The notes under the pieces: generated by a model
Told to the model about the DNA's origin: nothing
Seen by the model: only the letters and a program-made list of their open reading frames with translations
Database searches by the model: none
Translations under genes and position numbers: made by a program
Shown here: positions 47,464 through 58,000 of the stretch, one piece after another
Position numbering within the stretch: position 1 is the first letter of the stretch
How the letters are laid out: every line of letters starts with the position of its first letter
Assembly: GCA_049325535.1 (NCBI GenBank)
Contig: JBMOKY010000001.1
Location: 157,002-221,001, forward strand
DNA length: 64,000 nucleotides
Direction of reading: 5' to 3'
DNA from: Patescibacteria group bacterium
Lineage (GTDB): Bacteria > Patescibacteriota > Patescibacteriia > UBA10025 > JAHIVO01

Positions 47464-50400
47464 TTCGGCGTATGCGCATATTGCGAATCACAATTCAACC
47501 AGTGGTCAGCATAGGTATATGTGTGCTCATCGCTGCCGGCATCATCGTGCTCGCGGCACCGGTAGTGAGCGCTGCTTGGTTTCCTCCGTCGGCCCAACCC
47601 CCAGCGGGCAATGTTTATGCGCCGCTGAATACTAGCGCCGATAGCCAGGCAAAAGCCGGTAATCTGCTGCTGGACCCATACTATAATCCGTATGGGGAAC
47701 TTCCCGAAATCAATTACCCGCTGGAAGTGCGCGGTTCGCGCAATGCGTATATCAATGATTTGACCGTCACCTCTGACGGTATACTGGCGGTGGATACGGA
47801 TACGTTGTATGTCGATGGCGGCTCCCATGGCGTGGGTATAGGACTGACTGAACCTGAGACATTACTCGATATCGCCGGTGGTCTGCTGATCGGCAGCGCT
47901 TCCAGCGGCATTACCGGTTCGGCACTGGTCACCAGCAGCTCACTCAGTTATGGAGCGCTTGGCGTTTCGCTGACCGATGGTTTGACCTCGGTGCTCGGGA
48001 CAGGCACTGGCGTGGGTGTGTATGGCCTCCATACTGCTGGCGGGACAGGAATCCGCGCGGAGAGCGTGTCAGCCTCAGGTGCAGTCGGGAGCAGTGCAGC
48101 GCCGCTTGACCGGGCAGCTCCGGTGAAAGTAGCTGGGGTATACGGGCGCGCGCTCGGACTCGGTTCGTGGGCCGGGTATTTCGCTGAACAGACCGTGACA
48201 TCTGCCGAAGCGTATGCGCACGGATTCGTACCAAATCGCCAGGGGTATTCCCAGTATCCCTATACTATCGGTTGGGAAACCAGGGAGATAACGTCGAGTG
48301 CGCGCATCCAGCCAGAGACGATATTGTATGACGGTCGGTGGGTGTGGTTGCACAATTCCGTGACCTGGGCCAATGATCCGAATATTTTATTGATTGACCC
48401 GAGTAATGGCGCCATCAGCGAAGATTTTCGCCTGGTCAATGGCAGCGGAGTGGCGGCGCATGGCATGTCCCAGATGATTTTGGCTGGCGGGTATATCTGG
48501 ACAGCGAACTGGTGGGACGATGCGTATGGAGTATCCCGCGTAGACCCGAATGACCCGACGCATACTGCTACTCATTTTGCGGTGGGAAACCATTTCGGCG
48601 GCGGAGATGATGGTGCGCTCCGATTGGCCTATGACGATTTTACCACTGGTGGGCCCTATATCTGGACGGTGAATGGACCGGATAGCGCTACTTGGGACTA
48701 CACCCTCACTCGACTACGTCCGGCTGATGGTACCTATATCAATTTCCAGCTGAATCCAGTGGGTGGCCAGTCGTGTCTGTCTTATGATTGGAATCGCTGT
48801 ATCGATGGTATCGATAATGATGGAGATGGCAACATCGACCGTGGCATCTGCAGTAATCCGTCGTACACCACACAGGCAACCTGTGAGACCAACGGCGGTA
48901 CGTGGACACCGGGTGATACAGAGTGTATCAATAATGCCGGAACTGATACGGGCAATAGTCCGACCGGGGCGTATCCGGCGGGCGACGAGCGACTGGGTAT
49001 GTATGAGCCAAACGGACCATCCGGTATTACGGTCCAGCCAAATCTCATCGATCCGACCAATCCTACGATTTGGGTATCGTTTAGCGGGGTCGTGCCCAGC
49101 AATCCGACGAGGTATGAAGGAGAAGCGATCGCGAAATTCAGCGGATTAAACCCGACTGACACCGCGCTGCAGGAGGTGTATTGTCCTGGTCCGGCGACTG
49201 AACCAGATGCCATCACCAATGGCGACGGGTACATCTGGATTGGGTCGAGCGCGCATTACTCCAAATACCAGGGGAATGATGGACTCGACCGGTTCGATCC
49301 GGTGGCAGAAACCTTTACCCATTTTCCCGCTTCAGCGGGTATAGAGCGGATCGCGTATGATGACCAGTCCGCTGGTGGGCCGTATATTTGGGGGCAGAAT
49401 TTTTGGGAGATTATGCAGTTTAATCCGGACGGTTCCATGGCGCATTTGCATAATTTGCCGGACGGAATTGCTGATTTTACATTTGATTATTCATCCGGCA
49501 ATGAGCCGTATTTTTGGGCATCCCAGTCGATCACAGGAGGTCTGAGTCGGACAGCTATAGCCGCTCCATATGACTCCATTACCTATACTCCAAAAGGGTC
49601 ATACTCTGACGACATCGTGTTTGATGGCACCTATATCTGGTCGACGAATTCGACTGCAAATACCGTGAGTCGGTACCGGGCTTCGGATGGGCAGAAGGTG
49701 GGGGATTATTTTGCCGGGTGGTATCCGCGATATATCACATTTGACGGCAGCTCGCTGTGGGTGACGCATCTGAATGAGGGCGGACCGACTGAACTCGCTC
49801 AGCTGGATGCTTCGACTGGTGAACTCATCGGTGATTATGATTATGGTGCGGTGAGTAATCCTACGGGAAATGATATTCTTTTCGATGGTACATACGTCTG
49901 GATAGCCGATTTCAACAATAATCGACTGCGGCGAATCGATCCGGCTACGTGCAGTGCCGGTGTCTGCGCCAAAACTGACATTGCGGTACCGTTTGGACCC
50001 CGCGCCATCGCTTTTGACGGTAATTCTATTTGGGCGATACAGCACTACGCTACAGGACTCGGGCGTAATAGTTTTTCTCGTATTCACCGGGATACCGGCG
50101 CCGTGCTCAATACCTATACCATCCCAAACGCGTATAACGCCGATGGGAATCTCCGTTCGTTATTGTTTGATGGCACATACCTATGGATGGGCGCGCAGTA
50201 TCGGGATGCCCAAGGAATGAGTCTCTATAAAGTACGGCCGAATGATGGATCGGTCGCCGCACGGGTCACGCTCTATAATGAGCCGGGCGTGTGTTCGGGC
50301 GGTGATCGGAATCGTCTGTACTGCACGACCAATGCCCAGTGTACCGGTGGTGGCGCCTGTTCAGCTACGGCTACAAACGTCAGTGCCCTGACATTCGACG

Positions 50401-51152
50401 GTACTCATGTGTGGGCGGTACAGGAACGCGCCAGCTATGTCCGCGAGTGCACTGACGGCAGAGATAATGACGGTGATGGATTGACTGACTACGCGGCGGT
50501 CGGTGGAGACCCGAGTTGCGCTGATAGTGACGATGTTCATGAAACTGACAGCAGTGATTTTTTCGGCACGACGACTGACATCGAGTGTGCCGACAGAATA
50601 GATAATGACGGGAACGGTTTATGTGATTGGGATGGCGCTGCTGGTTCCCCGGGCTGCAGCGGCAAACCAGATCCAGGATGTTCCGGCCCCACTGATATCA
50701 GCGAGCAGACCCGGCAGAGCGCTGGGTATCTCAGCCGAGTCAATGCGGGTACGGATCAGCGTATCGAAAGTATTTACTATGCTGCGTATTGTAATCCGAA
50801 CAGCCTGGCGTTTGACGGATCGAGCATTTGGATCAATCAGACGACAAATAACTGTGATAATTTTATCCTCCACCAGTATTTCGCGGGGACCGGCTCTGGT
50901 CAGGCGGATCTGGAGGGATTGGCGAACCTGCAGACCACGGTGCCGGGACGGTCGCAGAGCGGCAGCGCCGCCAGCTATGGAGAGGCAACGGTTGGGCGAT
51001 CACTGATGGTGACCGGTGACTTGCGTGTGGTGGAAAATGTGTGGGGTGGTAGTGCCGATGCCGTGCCTGATTTTGGGCAGTCCTGCACCGATGGAGAATT
51101 TGTCAAAGGTATTGACACGCAGAATAAACAATTACATTGTCGGCCGCTCTAA
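47448..51152 (+). CDS. giant secreted surface protein, family A member 2 (1234 aa), with propeller repeats, DNDGDG Ca-binding-type Cys motifs and the same C-terminal tag
   Basis: N-terminal SQAKAGNLLLDP and DTLYVDGGSHGVGIG, GxYG repeats, FDGTYIWSTNSTANT, CIDGIDNDGDGNID, CTDGRDNDGDGLTDY. Ends SCTDGEFVKGIDTQNKQLHCRPL. An alternative start at 47471 avoids overlap. Confidence 0.8.
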   Translation: MSTTLIRRMRILRITIQPVVSIGICVLIAAGIIVLAAPVVSAAWFPPSAQPPAGNVYAPLNTSADSQAKAGNLLLDPYYNPYGELPEINYPLEVRGSRNAYINDLTVTSDGILAVDTDTLYVDGGSHGVGIGLTEPETLLDIAGGLLIGSASSGITGSALVTSSSLSYGALGVSLTDGLTSVLGTGTGVGVYGLHTAGGTGIRAESVSASGAVGSSAAPLDRAAPVKVAGVYGRALGLGSWAGYFAEQTVTSAEAYAHGFVPNRQGYSQYPYTIGWETREITSSARIQPETILYDGRWVWLHNSVTWANDPNILLIDPSNGAISEDFRLVNGSGVAAHGMSQMILAGGYIWTANWWDDAYGVSRVDPNDPTHTATHFAVGNHFGGGDDGALRLAYDDFTTGGPYIWTVNGPDSATWDYTLTRLRPADGTYINFQLNPVGGQSCLSYDWNRCIDGIDNDGDGNIDRGICSNPSYTTQATCETNGGTWTPGDTECINNAGTDTGNSPTGAYPAGDERLGMYEPNGPSGITVQPNLIDPTNPTIWVSFSGVVPSNPTRYEGEAIAKFSGLNPTDTALQEVYCPGPATEPDAITNGDGYIWIGSSAHYSKYQGNDGLDRFDPVAETFTHFPASAGIERIAYDDQSAGGPYIWGQNFWEIMQFNPDGSMAHLHNLPDGIADFTFDYSSGNEPYFWASQSITGGLSRTAIAAPYDSITYTPKGSYSDDIVFDGTYIWSTNSTANTVSRYRASDGQKVGDYFAGWYPRYITFDGSSLWVTHLNEGGPTELAQLDASTGELIGDYDYGAVSNPTGNDILFDGTYVWIADFNNNRLRRIDPATCSAGVCAKTDIAVPFGPRAIAFDGNSIWAIQHYATGLGRNSFSRIHRDTGAVLNTYTIPNAYNADGNLRSLLFDGTYLWMGAQYRDAQGMSLYKVRPNDGSVAARVTLYNEPGVCSGGDRNRLYCTTNAQCTGGGACSATATNVSALTFDGTHVWAVQERASYVRECTDGRDNDGDGLTDYAAVGGDPSCADSDDVHETDSSDFFGTTTDIECADRIDNDGNGLCDWDGAAGSPGCSGKPDPGCSGPTDISEQTRQSAGYLSRVNAGTDQRIESIYYAAYCNPNSLAFDGSSIWINQTTNNCDNFILHQYFAGTGSGQADLEGLANLQTTVPGRSQSGSAASYGEATVGRSLMVTGDLRVVENVWGGSADAVPDFGQSCTDGEFVKGIDTQNKQLHCRPL

Positions 51153-51161
51153 TACAGAGAT

Positions 51162-53546
51162 ATGCTATACCGAATGTTAATACAATCAAGATTAGCCACT
51201 CGTATTTTTGGTGTACTGCTTGTCGTCGTCTGCGGAATGATGCTGGGCATTCCTCTAGCGCGGGCTGAGTGGCGCGAGCCGACGTTGCCCCCACCGCAGC
51301 AGGTATTTCCTGCACCACTGACCACGGGCGCTGAAAATCAGGCAAAAGCCGGATATGTATTGATCGACCCGGTGTACAATCCGAACGAACAGACGTCGCT
51401 CAATTTTGATCCGCAACGGCCACTCGATGTACGGGGTGAAGGAGGTAAATTTTCCACGCCGGCAGTCTACAGCGATGTACTCCGCGTCGATACCAGCACC
51501 TTATTCGTCGACGCGCTGGCTGATTGGGTGGGCGTCGGTACCGATATCCCGCTTGCCGGATTCAAATTGGTGGTAGATGAGGGGACGGTACAAGTAGGCA
51601 CCCCCACGCGCCCGATAGCCGGTCCGGCTGTCCGTGCGTATAGTGCTGACAGCGTGGGCCTGTATGGTGATGCCGGCGCCACTGGATCTGCTGGGGTGTA
51701 TGGATTGTCAGAAATCGCCAATGGTGCGGCCATCCGCGGGGAAAGCGCTACCGATGTCGGCGTGCGCGGGGAAAGCGCCAGCGGTATCGGGATTTATGCA
51801 GTCAGTCAGTCCCTGAATAATGCCGCTGTCTACGGTGAAAACACCAGTGGTGGCTGGGCAGGCTATTTTGAGGGGCGACTCGGCAGCGTGGCTGATGTGA
51901 TCGCTCGTCGATTCCTCGCTACCTATCCTCAGACGTCACTCGTCCCATTTAGCCATCCGCGCCGTTCAGCCGAGTATTGGGTTTCGACCGGGGAGATTGC
52001 TGGTTCATTTGAACCGAGTATGGTATTTGATGGGTCGTACGTGTGGATCGGCAATAAGACTGAAGATGCCGCCGGCAATAATGTATATAAAGTCCGTCCG
52101 GTTGATGGAGTCATCGTGGCGCGGTACCATATTGAGGGCACGCTGCCGACCATCCGATCATTGGCGTTTGACGGGCGGTATATCTGGGCTACCAGCACCG
52201 GTTCGGGTGACAATTCGGTGGTAAAATTTGATCCATCGAGCGGCCAGTCGCTGGCGATTTGCTCGACGATCAGTCCTGACCGGCCGATCGGTTCGGACTG
52301 GGGGGCAAAACCAGAATTTGGCGTTATTCATACTATCGCTGGATCGTCCTATCTCTGGACGGCGAACTGGGACGGAGGCGACGTGACAAAAATTGACTCA
52401 AATTGTCAGGTTGTCGGTGAGTATCCGCTGGGGACGCAGGGTACCGGTGTGCATCTGAATCGTCTGAATGACGCTGGGTATTTTCTGCGGCCGATAGATA
52501 TCACCGCGTCGAAAGACACTATCTGGGTACTGACCCCCTCACTGTGCGGCACGACGCCACCGGATACCACCGAGGCCTGCCGGGCGGACGCTGCCTGTGC
52601 GCCGGGTGCCTGTCAGCTCAATCCAAATAATCTCGTCGGGATCGACCCAGACACGGGCGTCGTGGAAGTTCGCTATGCCACCGGTATTTCTGATCCATGG
52701 AAGATGCTTTTTGATGGCATCTATATGTGGGTGATCTCATGGAGCGATACCGGCGGTCAAGATATTTCAAAAATACGGGTATCTGACGGCACAATCATGC
52801 CTGGCTATCCCAAGCAGCTCACCTTTACGCCCATTGCCATGGCATTTGACGGTACACACCTCTTGGTCAGCACGGCTGGCACCACGACCCATGGGGCCGG
52901 ACTGTATCGCATTTCTGTGGCCACCGACGTCATCGAAGAATTTGACTCAACCTTGTCATCAAACAGCAATGATGGAGAATCACTCTATGACGGCAAGCAT
53001 CTGTGGGCCGTGTCCGGGTGTACCAGCGGTGGAGACTGCGGCAATGGCGCCAACCGCCCGCTATTACTGACAAAAGTTTTCATCGGCGCGCGAACTGATC
53101 ACCCGGATTTGGGAACTGTGGTCCAGCTGGTCGATGCGGCCGGGACATGCTCGGTGACGACCGCTCGCCAGTGCATCTATGATTGGCACTGTCCGGGAGG
53201 TGAAACCTGCACTTCGGACGCGGCGATCCAGGACGGCAATATCCGCATTTCCGGTTCGCTGACCGTGAATCATGGGTACTGTCAGGCCGGGGCGGCCACC
53301 TATTTCAGCCGGCCGTGCACCTCCGATGCCGCGTGCAGTGATTTGGCCGGCGGACATTGCACGGGCGGTAACATGCGCATCGGTTCCGATGTTGATGCGG
53401 CCGGGAATACCTGGGCGGGGAGCGATGAAGCAGTTCCGATTGGTGATCCGGGTGCCGGGGACTGCCCGACAGACGGGACATTTGTCAAAGGCATCACCCT
53501 CGACGGCAACAGCAGGATATCGTCATTTACCTGTCGCGGGTTATAA
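51162..53546 (+). CDS. giant secreted surface protein, family A member 3 (794 aa)
   Basis: N-terminal NQAKAGYVLIDP and STLFVDALADWVGVGT. Repeats FDGSYVWIGNK and FDGRYIWATSTGSGDN. Ends DCPTDGTFVKGITLDGNSRISSFTCRGL. Confidence 0.8.
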   Translation: MLYRMLIQSRLATRIFGVLLVVVCGMMLGIPLARAEWREPTLPPPQQVFPAPLTTGAENQAKAGYVLIDPVYNPNEQTSLNFDPQRPLDVRGEGGKFSTPAVYSDVLRVDTSTLFVDALADWVGVGTDIPLAGFKLVVDEGTVQVGTPTRPIAGPAVRAYSADSVGLYGDAGATGSAGVYGLSEIANGAAIRGESATDVGVRGESASGIGIYAVSQSLNNAAVYGENTSGGWAGYFEGRLGSVADVIARRFLATYPQTSLVPFSHPRRSAEYWVSTGEIAGSFEPSMVFDGSYVWIGNKTEDAAGNNVYKVRPVDGVIVARYHIEGTLPTIRSLAFDGRYIWATSTGSGDNSVVKFDPSSGQSLAICSTISPDRPIGSDWGAKPEFGVIHTIAGSSYLWTANWDGGDVTKIDSNCQVVGEYPLGTQGTGVHLNRLNDAGYFLRPIDITASKDTIWVLTPSLCGTTPPDTTEACRADAACAPGACQLNPNNLVGIDPDTGVVEVRYATGISDPWKMLFDGIYMWVISWSDTGGQDISKIRVSDGTIMPGYPKQLTFTPIAMAFDGTHLLVSTAGTTTHGAGLYRISVATDVIEEFDSTLSSNSNDGESLYDGKHLWAVSGCTSGGDCGNGANRPLLLTKVFIGARTDHPDLGTVVQLVDAAGTCSVTTARQCIYDWHCPGGETCTSDAAIQDGNIRISGSLTVNHGYCQAGAATYFSRPCTSDAACSDLAGGHCTGGNMRIGSDVDAAGNTWAGSDEAVPIGDPGAGDCPTDGTFVKGITLDGNSRISSFTCRGL

Positions 53547-53553
53547 TTATCAT

Positions 53554-55011
53554 ATGATGAAATTTACACTCACTCATACGTATCGCCTCGGTCTGTTTAT
53601 CGCCTGCTTGTGCTTGGTAATTGCTGGGGTGGTGGCTATCGTCCTGGTATCTGATACGCAGGTCGAACCCCGGGCGGGTCTCCGCATTGACCCATCGGTA
53701 CTGTCGCACATACGAACGTACACCGACAGCACGGCTGACGATGGCGTACACACACGGATAGTGTACCCGTTGCCTCAGCAGTACCTCGATGTGACCGGCT
53801 CATATGTGCCGATAGATACCGCCATCGTGACTGACGGTGAAGCCGGATTTCAAAATGTTACTAATGGTTACCAGACACGCTTCACCATAGACGGCGGTAT
53901 GCCACGGACCACGATTGATATCCCTGGCGGGCGAAGGATTACCCTTTCTCCGGAAGTGGGAGTGTCATCCGATGCCGTTGTCACCTCTGATGTTATTTCA
54001 TATACAGGGACGACCGATGGACTGAAACTGGAACAGGAGGTCGGATTGGCATCACTGACACAGCGGCTGATGATCACATCGGGGGTAAATCCATTTCCGC
54101 TGCGCGTGGGATATGATATGACGCGGGTCTCCCTGCAGGATGCTCGATACGGCGGATGGTATGCGCGCGCCGCAGATACCGGTGATGTGGTTTTGGTCAT
54201 ACCGGAACCGATTATGTTTGAGTATATCTCTGATGAAGACCTGGATACGCAACCATCATATCTGTGGTCCGAGTTCATTGTCACTCACGACAGCGCGGGC
54301 ATGACGATCGACGTAGACGAGTCCGGTCGCGGCTGGCTCGACAGTGTCGAGGGTGAGGCAATATTGGAAATCCGCTATCAGCATCCTCTGTATGCCATGC
54401 AGCCCGGGCAGCTCTACCGTCCGGGCACGACTACTGATGATCAGATATCGAGCGATCCGCTTGCCAGCAAATATAAGGTGGGACATTTTTGGAATGTCGG
54501 CGCGGCAGGCTGTCCTTCGTGTGAAATCGAATATCAATTTAGCGGAGCGGCGAATCTATATATTGACGATGATACACGTACCATCCTGCGCCAGGCGGAT
54601 GCAGCCCATCTCGCGCTCTCCCTGCACCGGTCTGGTTCAGCAGTCGAATCAATACTTCCTGAGCAGACTGAGCTGCAGATACGATTTGGATTTGCCGGAT
54701 GGTCGCTGCTGGCGTCACCCGCTGCCGTCTGGCGGGTAGGACATGAGCTACCGATGGGTGCAGTTGTGTCAGCCGCCGCTTTGCCTACTGATCCGCCCAA
54801 AACGTTTCCGAATTGCGCCGCTGATCCGGATTCGTGCCGGGTGGTGCTGAAATTTCCCTCACCCGAGACGATTGCTCGCTCCGGCCATCTACAGTTGTAC
54901 CTCGACCCAGGTGAATTGTTTGCTCAGGAACCGGGGAAGTTTTATGGTCTCTATCTATTCGGTCCGGAATCGACCCAAGCGCCACATCTGGTGATTAGCT
55001 ACACTCCATAA
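53554..55011 (+). CDS. TM-anchored surface protein, family B (486 aa), paralogous to the N-terminus of the next giant ORF
   Basis: Start MMKFTLTHTYRLGLFIACLCLVIAGVVAIVLV. The ORF track's longer frame begins inside the upstream gene. DPSVLSHIRTYTD...PQQYLDVTGSYVPIDTAIV aligns with DPLVLAHTSNV...AQQYLTNDPGVFAPIDSSII of the 55013 protein. Confidence 0.7.
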   Translation: MMKFTLTHTYRLGLFIACLCLVIAGVVAIVLVSDTQVEPRAGLRIDPSVLSHIRTYTDSTADDGVHTRIVYPLPQQYLDVTGSYVPIDTAIVTDGEAGFQNVTNGYQTRFTIDGGMPRTTIDIPGGRRITLSPEVGVSSDAVVTSDVISYTGTTDGLKLEQEVGLASLTQRLMITSGVNPFPLRVGYDMTRVSLQDARYGGWYARAADTGDVVLVIPEPIMFEYISDEDLDTQPSYLWSEFIVTHDSAGMTIDVDESGRGWLDSVEGEAILEIRYQHPLYAMQPGQLYRPGTTTDDQISSDPLASKYKVGHFWNVGAAGCPSCEIEYQFSGAANLYIDDDTRTILRQADAAHLALSLHRSGSAVESILPEQTELQIRFGFAGWSLLASPAAVWRVGHELPMGAVVSAAALPTDPPKTFPNCAADPDSCRVVLKFPSPETIARSGHLQLYLDPGELFAQEPGKFYGLYLFGPESTQAPHLVISYTP

Positions 55012-55012
55012 T

Positions 55013-58000
55013 ATGTCACGTCGCACCATCATCATCATACGCATCTGCGGCGCTCTCGCCATTCTCGGCGTGCTGGCGCTCGGCGTGCTGCTGGCTATAT
55101 TCAGTCAGCAGGATCATACGGTGCGGAAAGCCGATCCGGAGCAGGTGGCGGATCCTCTGGTGCTGGCCCATACGTCAAATGTCGCCGCCGAACGGCGCAA
55201 TGAAGACGGTACGGTGTCAGTGGAATATTCTCTCTTTGCTCAGCAGTATCTGACGAACGATCCGGGTGTTTTCGCGCCGATTGATTCATCGATTATCCCT
55301 TCGTACCGGCCGGAATACGACTATGAGAATACGACCAACGTGATGCATACGTATTTCAGCGACGACAGCAGCCGGGAGGACTTTATCGTGCATACGGTAC
55401 CCGGCGGACGCCGGGTGTCATTCCGGTACGTCGGAGCGCAGCCGGGGAAGTGGGACGTTGATGGCAGCATGGCCACGTTTGCGGATCTGTTTCCGGGCGT
55501 GGACGCGGTGTACACTATCCGGAATGACGCGCTGATTGAGGAGCTGGTCGTCCGGGATGAAGCCACCGCTCTGGCGCTGGGATCAGTCACGCAGGAAATC
55601 AAGCTCGATGGGCTGTACTATAAAGAGCAGGCAGACGGATCGATCACTCTCCATGATGCGGAGACGCGCCATGGCGTATTTGTCATTCCGGCGCCACTGA
55701 TGTACGAATTGGATTCATCCGAGCCGCTGATGTCCGATAAATTGCACTATGACATCGAGGAGGTCGATGACGCCACTATTATCCTGCATAAAGTCATCGA
55801 TCCAAAGGGAAAACTATGGATGCAGGCGGCGAAGTATCCGATCGTCGTCGATAATTCGTACCTGGGCTGGTTTGACAATAACATGTTTGGTGAAGCGCGG
55901 CGCAGCCGGCCAAACGGATCGAGTGCGTATTCATATACGTTCACGTCTCCTGGTTCAGATTTCAATCGGACTGGCACCTGGCGGACTGATCCGCCTCAGA
56001 GCTGTTCGTCATGCTATTCGTTTTGGGATTACCGTTATTATTATAGCTTTATTACGGGCGTGAATGAGATGCCCGGTAACTATAGTTTTGATACCAGCCA
56101 GGTCATCGGCGGCAAACTGTGGCTGTACGGCTACCGCTCGGGCGGCGTGGTCAATCAGGTGGAGCTGCCGACCAATTATGTGGTCAATGTGTACGCCGGG
56201 CCAAACATATGGGCAAATATTTCTGACCCGGCGGCGCTGTGGGGGTATACCAGCGTAATGAATTTGACGTACCAGTTTCCGGTAACCACCCTGCCCAATG
56301 CCGCTACCCAGAACTGCTATGGCAATCCCTCATCATGTGAAATCGCCATCCCCTTGGATATCAGCGATTTGTCGCTGTCGCAGACCCCGACTGGCCGTAC
56401 CCAGTTCATATTGGAAGATACCTGGAATACGTATTATCAAAATGGATTCCTCGGCATGTGGACGCTTCGTCAATTTTTCAGTACTACGCCTCCCTATCCC
56501 CGGCTGGAGATCATCTATCTGCCCCGGCCGGTGATCCGCGTGGATCCGCAGGCGGGAACGAGCACCACATCACTGGAAGTGCAGATAGATGATGATTTTA
56601 CTGATGAGACCGAATACCGGCTCGAGCGCTCCCTGGCCGGCTCCAGTGGGCCCTGGACCCAAATCTGCGCCAGCATGTCTACCGGCGGTTCAGGATCGTG
56701 CGGTACAGGCATCACCTATGATTGTACCGGCGTCACCGTCGCGGGAACTACCGGATACTGCAGTATCATCGACAATCTGAGCCAGAGCAGCGGATTGACT
56801 CAGTATTCTGACCGGCATGTCTGGTACCGCGCCCGCGTCCAGCGGACTGATCCAGTACCCGGTGAATCATATGTTTCGAGCTATAGCAATGTCGAACATG
56901 ACTATACATTGGCGGCGCTGGCCACGAGCGCTCCGTCAGTGACCGTGGAGTCGTGGTCATCGATCAAGATATGGCCAGCGTCTGGCATGGGGGATGAATA
57001 CACCAATCAGCGGTCGTATTTTGCCTCCGATGCCGAGCCGACCAAATATTGTATCGGGTTATGGACGTATCCCGCATATCCGAACTGGAATTATTCCCCA
57101 ACTAGTGATATTCGCTATGTTGACGATCCGCCATCGGCAAATAGCACCGTCTATACCAATGTTCCGAGCGGGACGAGCAGCGGACGAGATTTGATCAATA
57201 ATGGCACTTTCCCGGGTGATCCGCGCTGTCTTACATTTTACCAGTGGGTGTGGTTCCCCTTGATCAATCCTTTCTATGCGTCTGGTGAGTGGACCGACTA
57301 CGCCTACCTCAAACCGAATGCACTATATGCGGTCGGCACCTTCTCCCAAAACACCCGGGACAATACGGTCAATAATCCTGGCGTACAGAATTTTGTGGAA
57401 ATCTACACGCGGGCGCGCACTCCGTCTGCTCCAAATAATCCCATAGGCGCCAATAATACCAGTACCACGCTACAGATCGCGCTCAATAGCACGCCTCAGT
57501 CCAGCCCGACGACGGCGCCCTGGACCAATCCAGCGTCAACCCAGTACAACATACAAATACAGCAGGGGGGATCGTGGTATTATCTATCCACTGCCGGCGG
57601 CAGTTCACGATTAGGCTCGCCCCAATGGGGTGACAGCACCGCTTGGAACGGTACTACCGGACGCACCATCACCGGACTCAGTCCGGCTACCTGCTATAAT
57701 TTCCGGTCTCAGTCCAGAAATGCCGATGGGGTAATCGGTGAAACCGCGGCGGCGCAGTGGTCAAATACTGCCCAGTACTGCACTCCGCTCAGTCCGCCGT
57801 CGGCACCTGACGTGCAGTGCGGCTACAGCACTGATATCGGTGTGGGCTACTACTGTGACGTGACTCTCCACGATACCGCTAATCCGTCGCCGCCATACTT
57901 TTACAAAGTACAGCGGTCGTACAATAATTCTGTTTGGACGAATATCAACGGCGGCACCCTGACCAACGGTACGCCCCTGACATACATCAATACCTATTGG

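Noticed and set aside
107-55011. Dozens of 60-290-aa ORFs on the opposite strand or in alternative frames inside the large genes (e.g. 6992..7864 -, 15646..16194 -, 41280 region + ORFs)
   Set aside because: Low-complexity Arg/Pro/Ser-rich translations are typical of spurious frames in GC-rich coding DNA. All are fully embedded in strongly supported genes.
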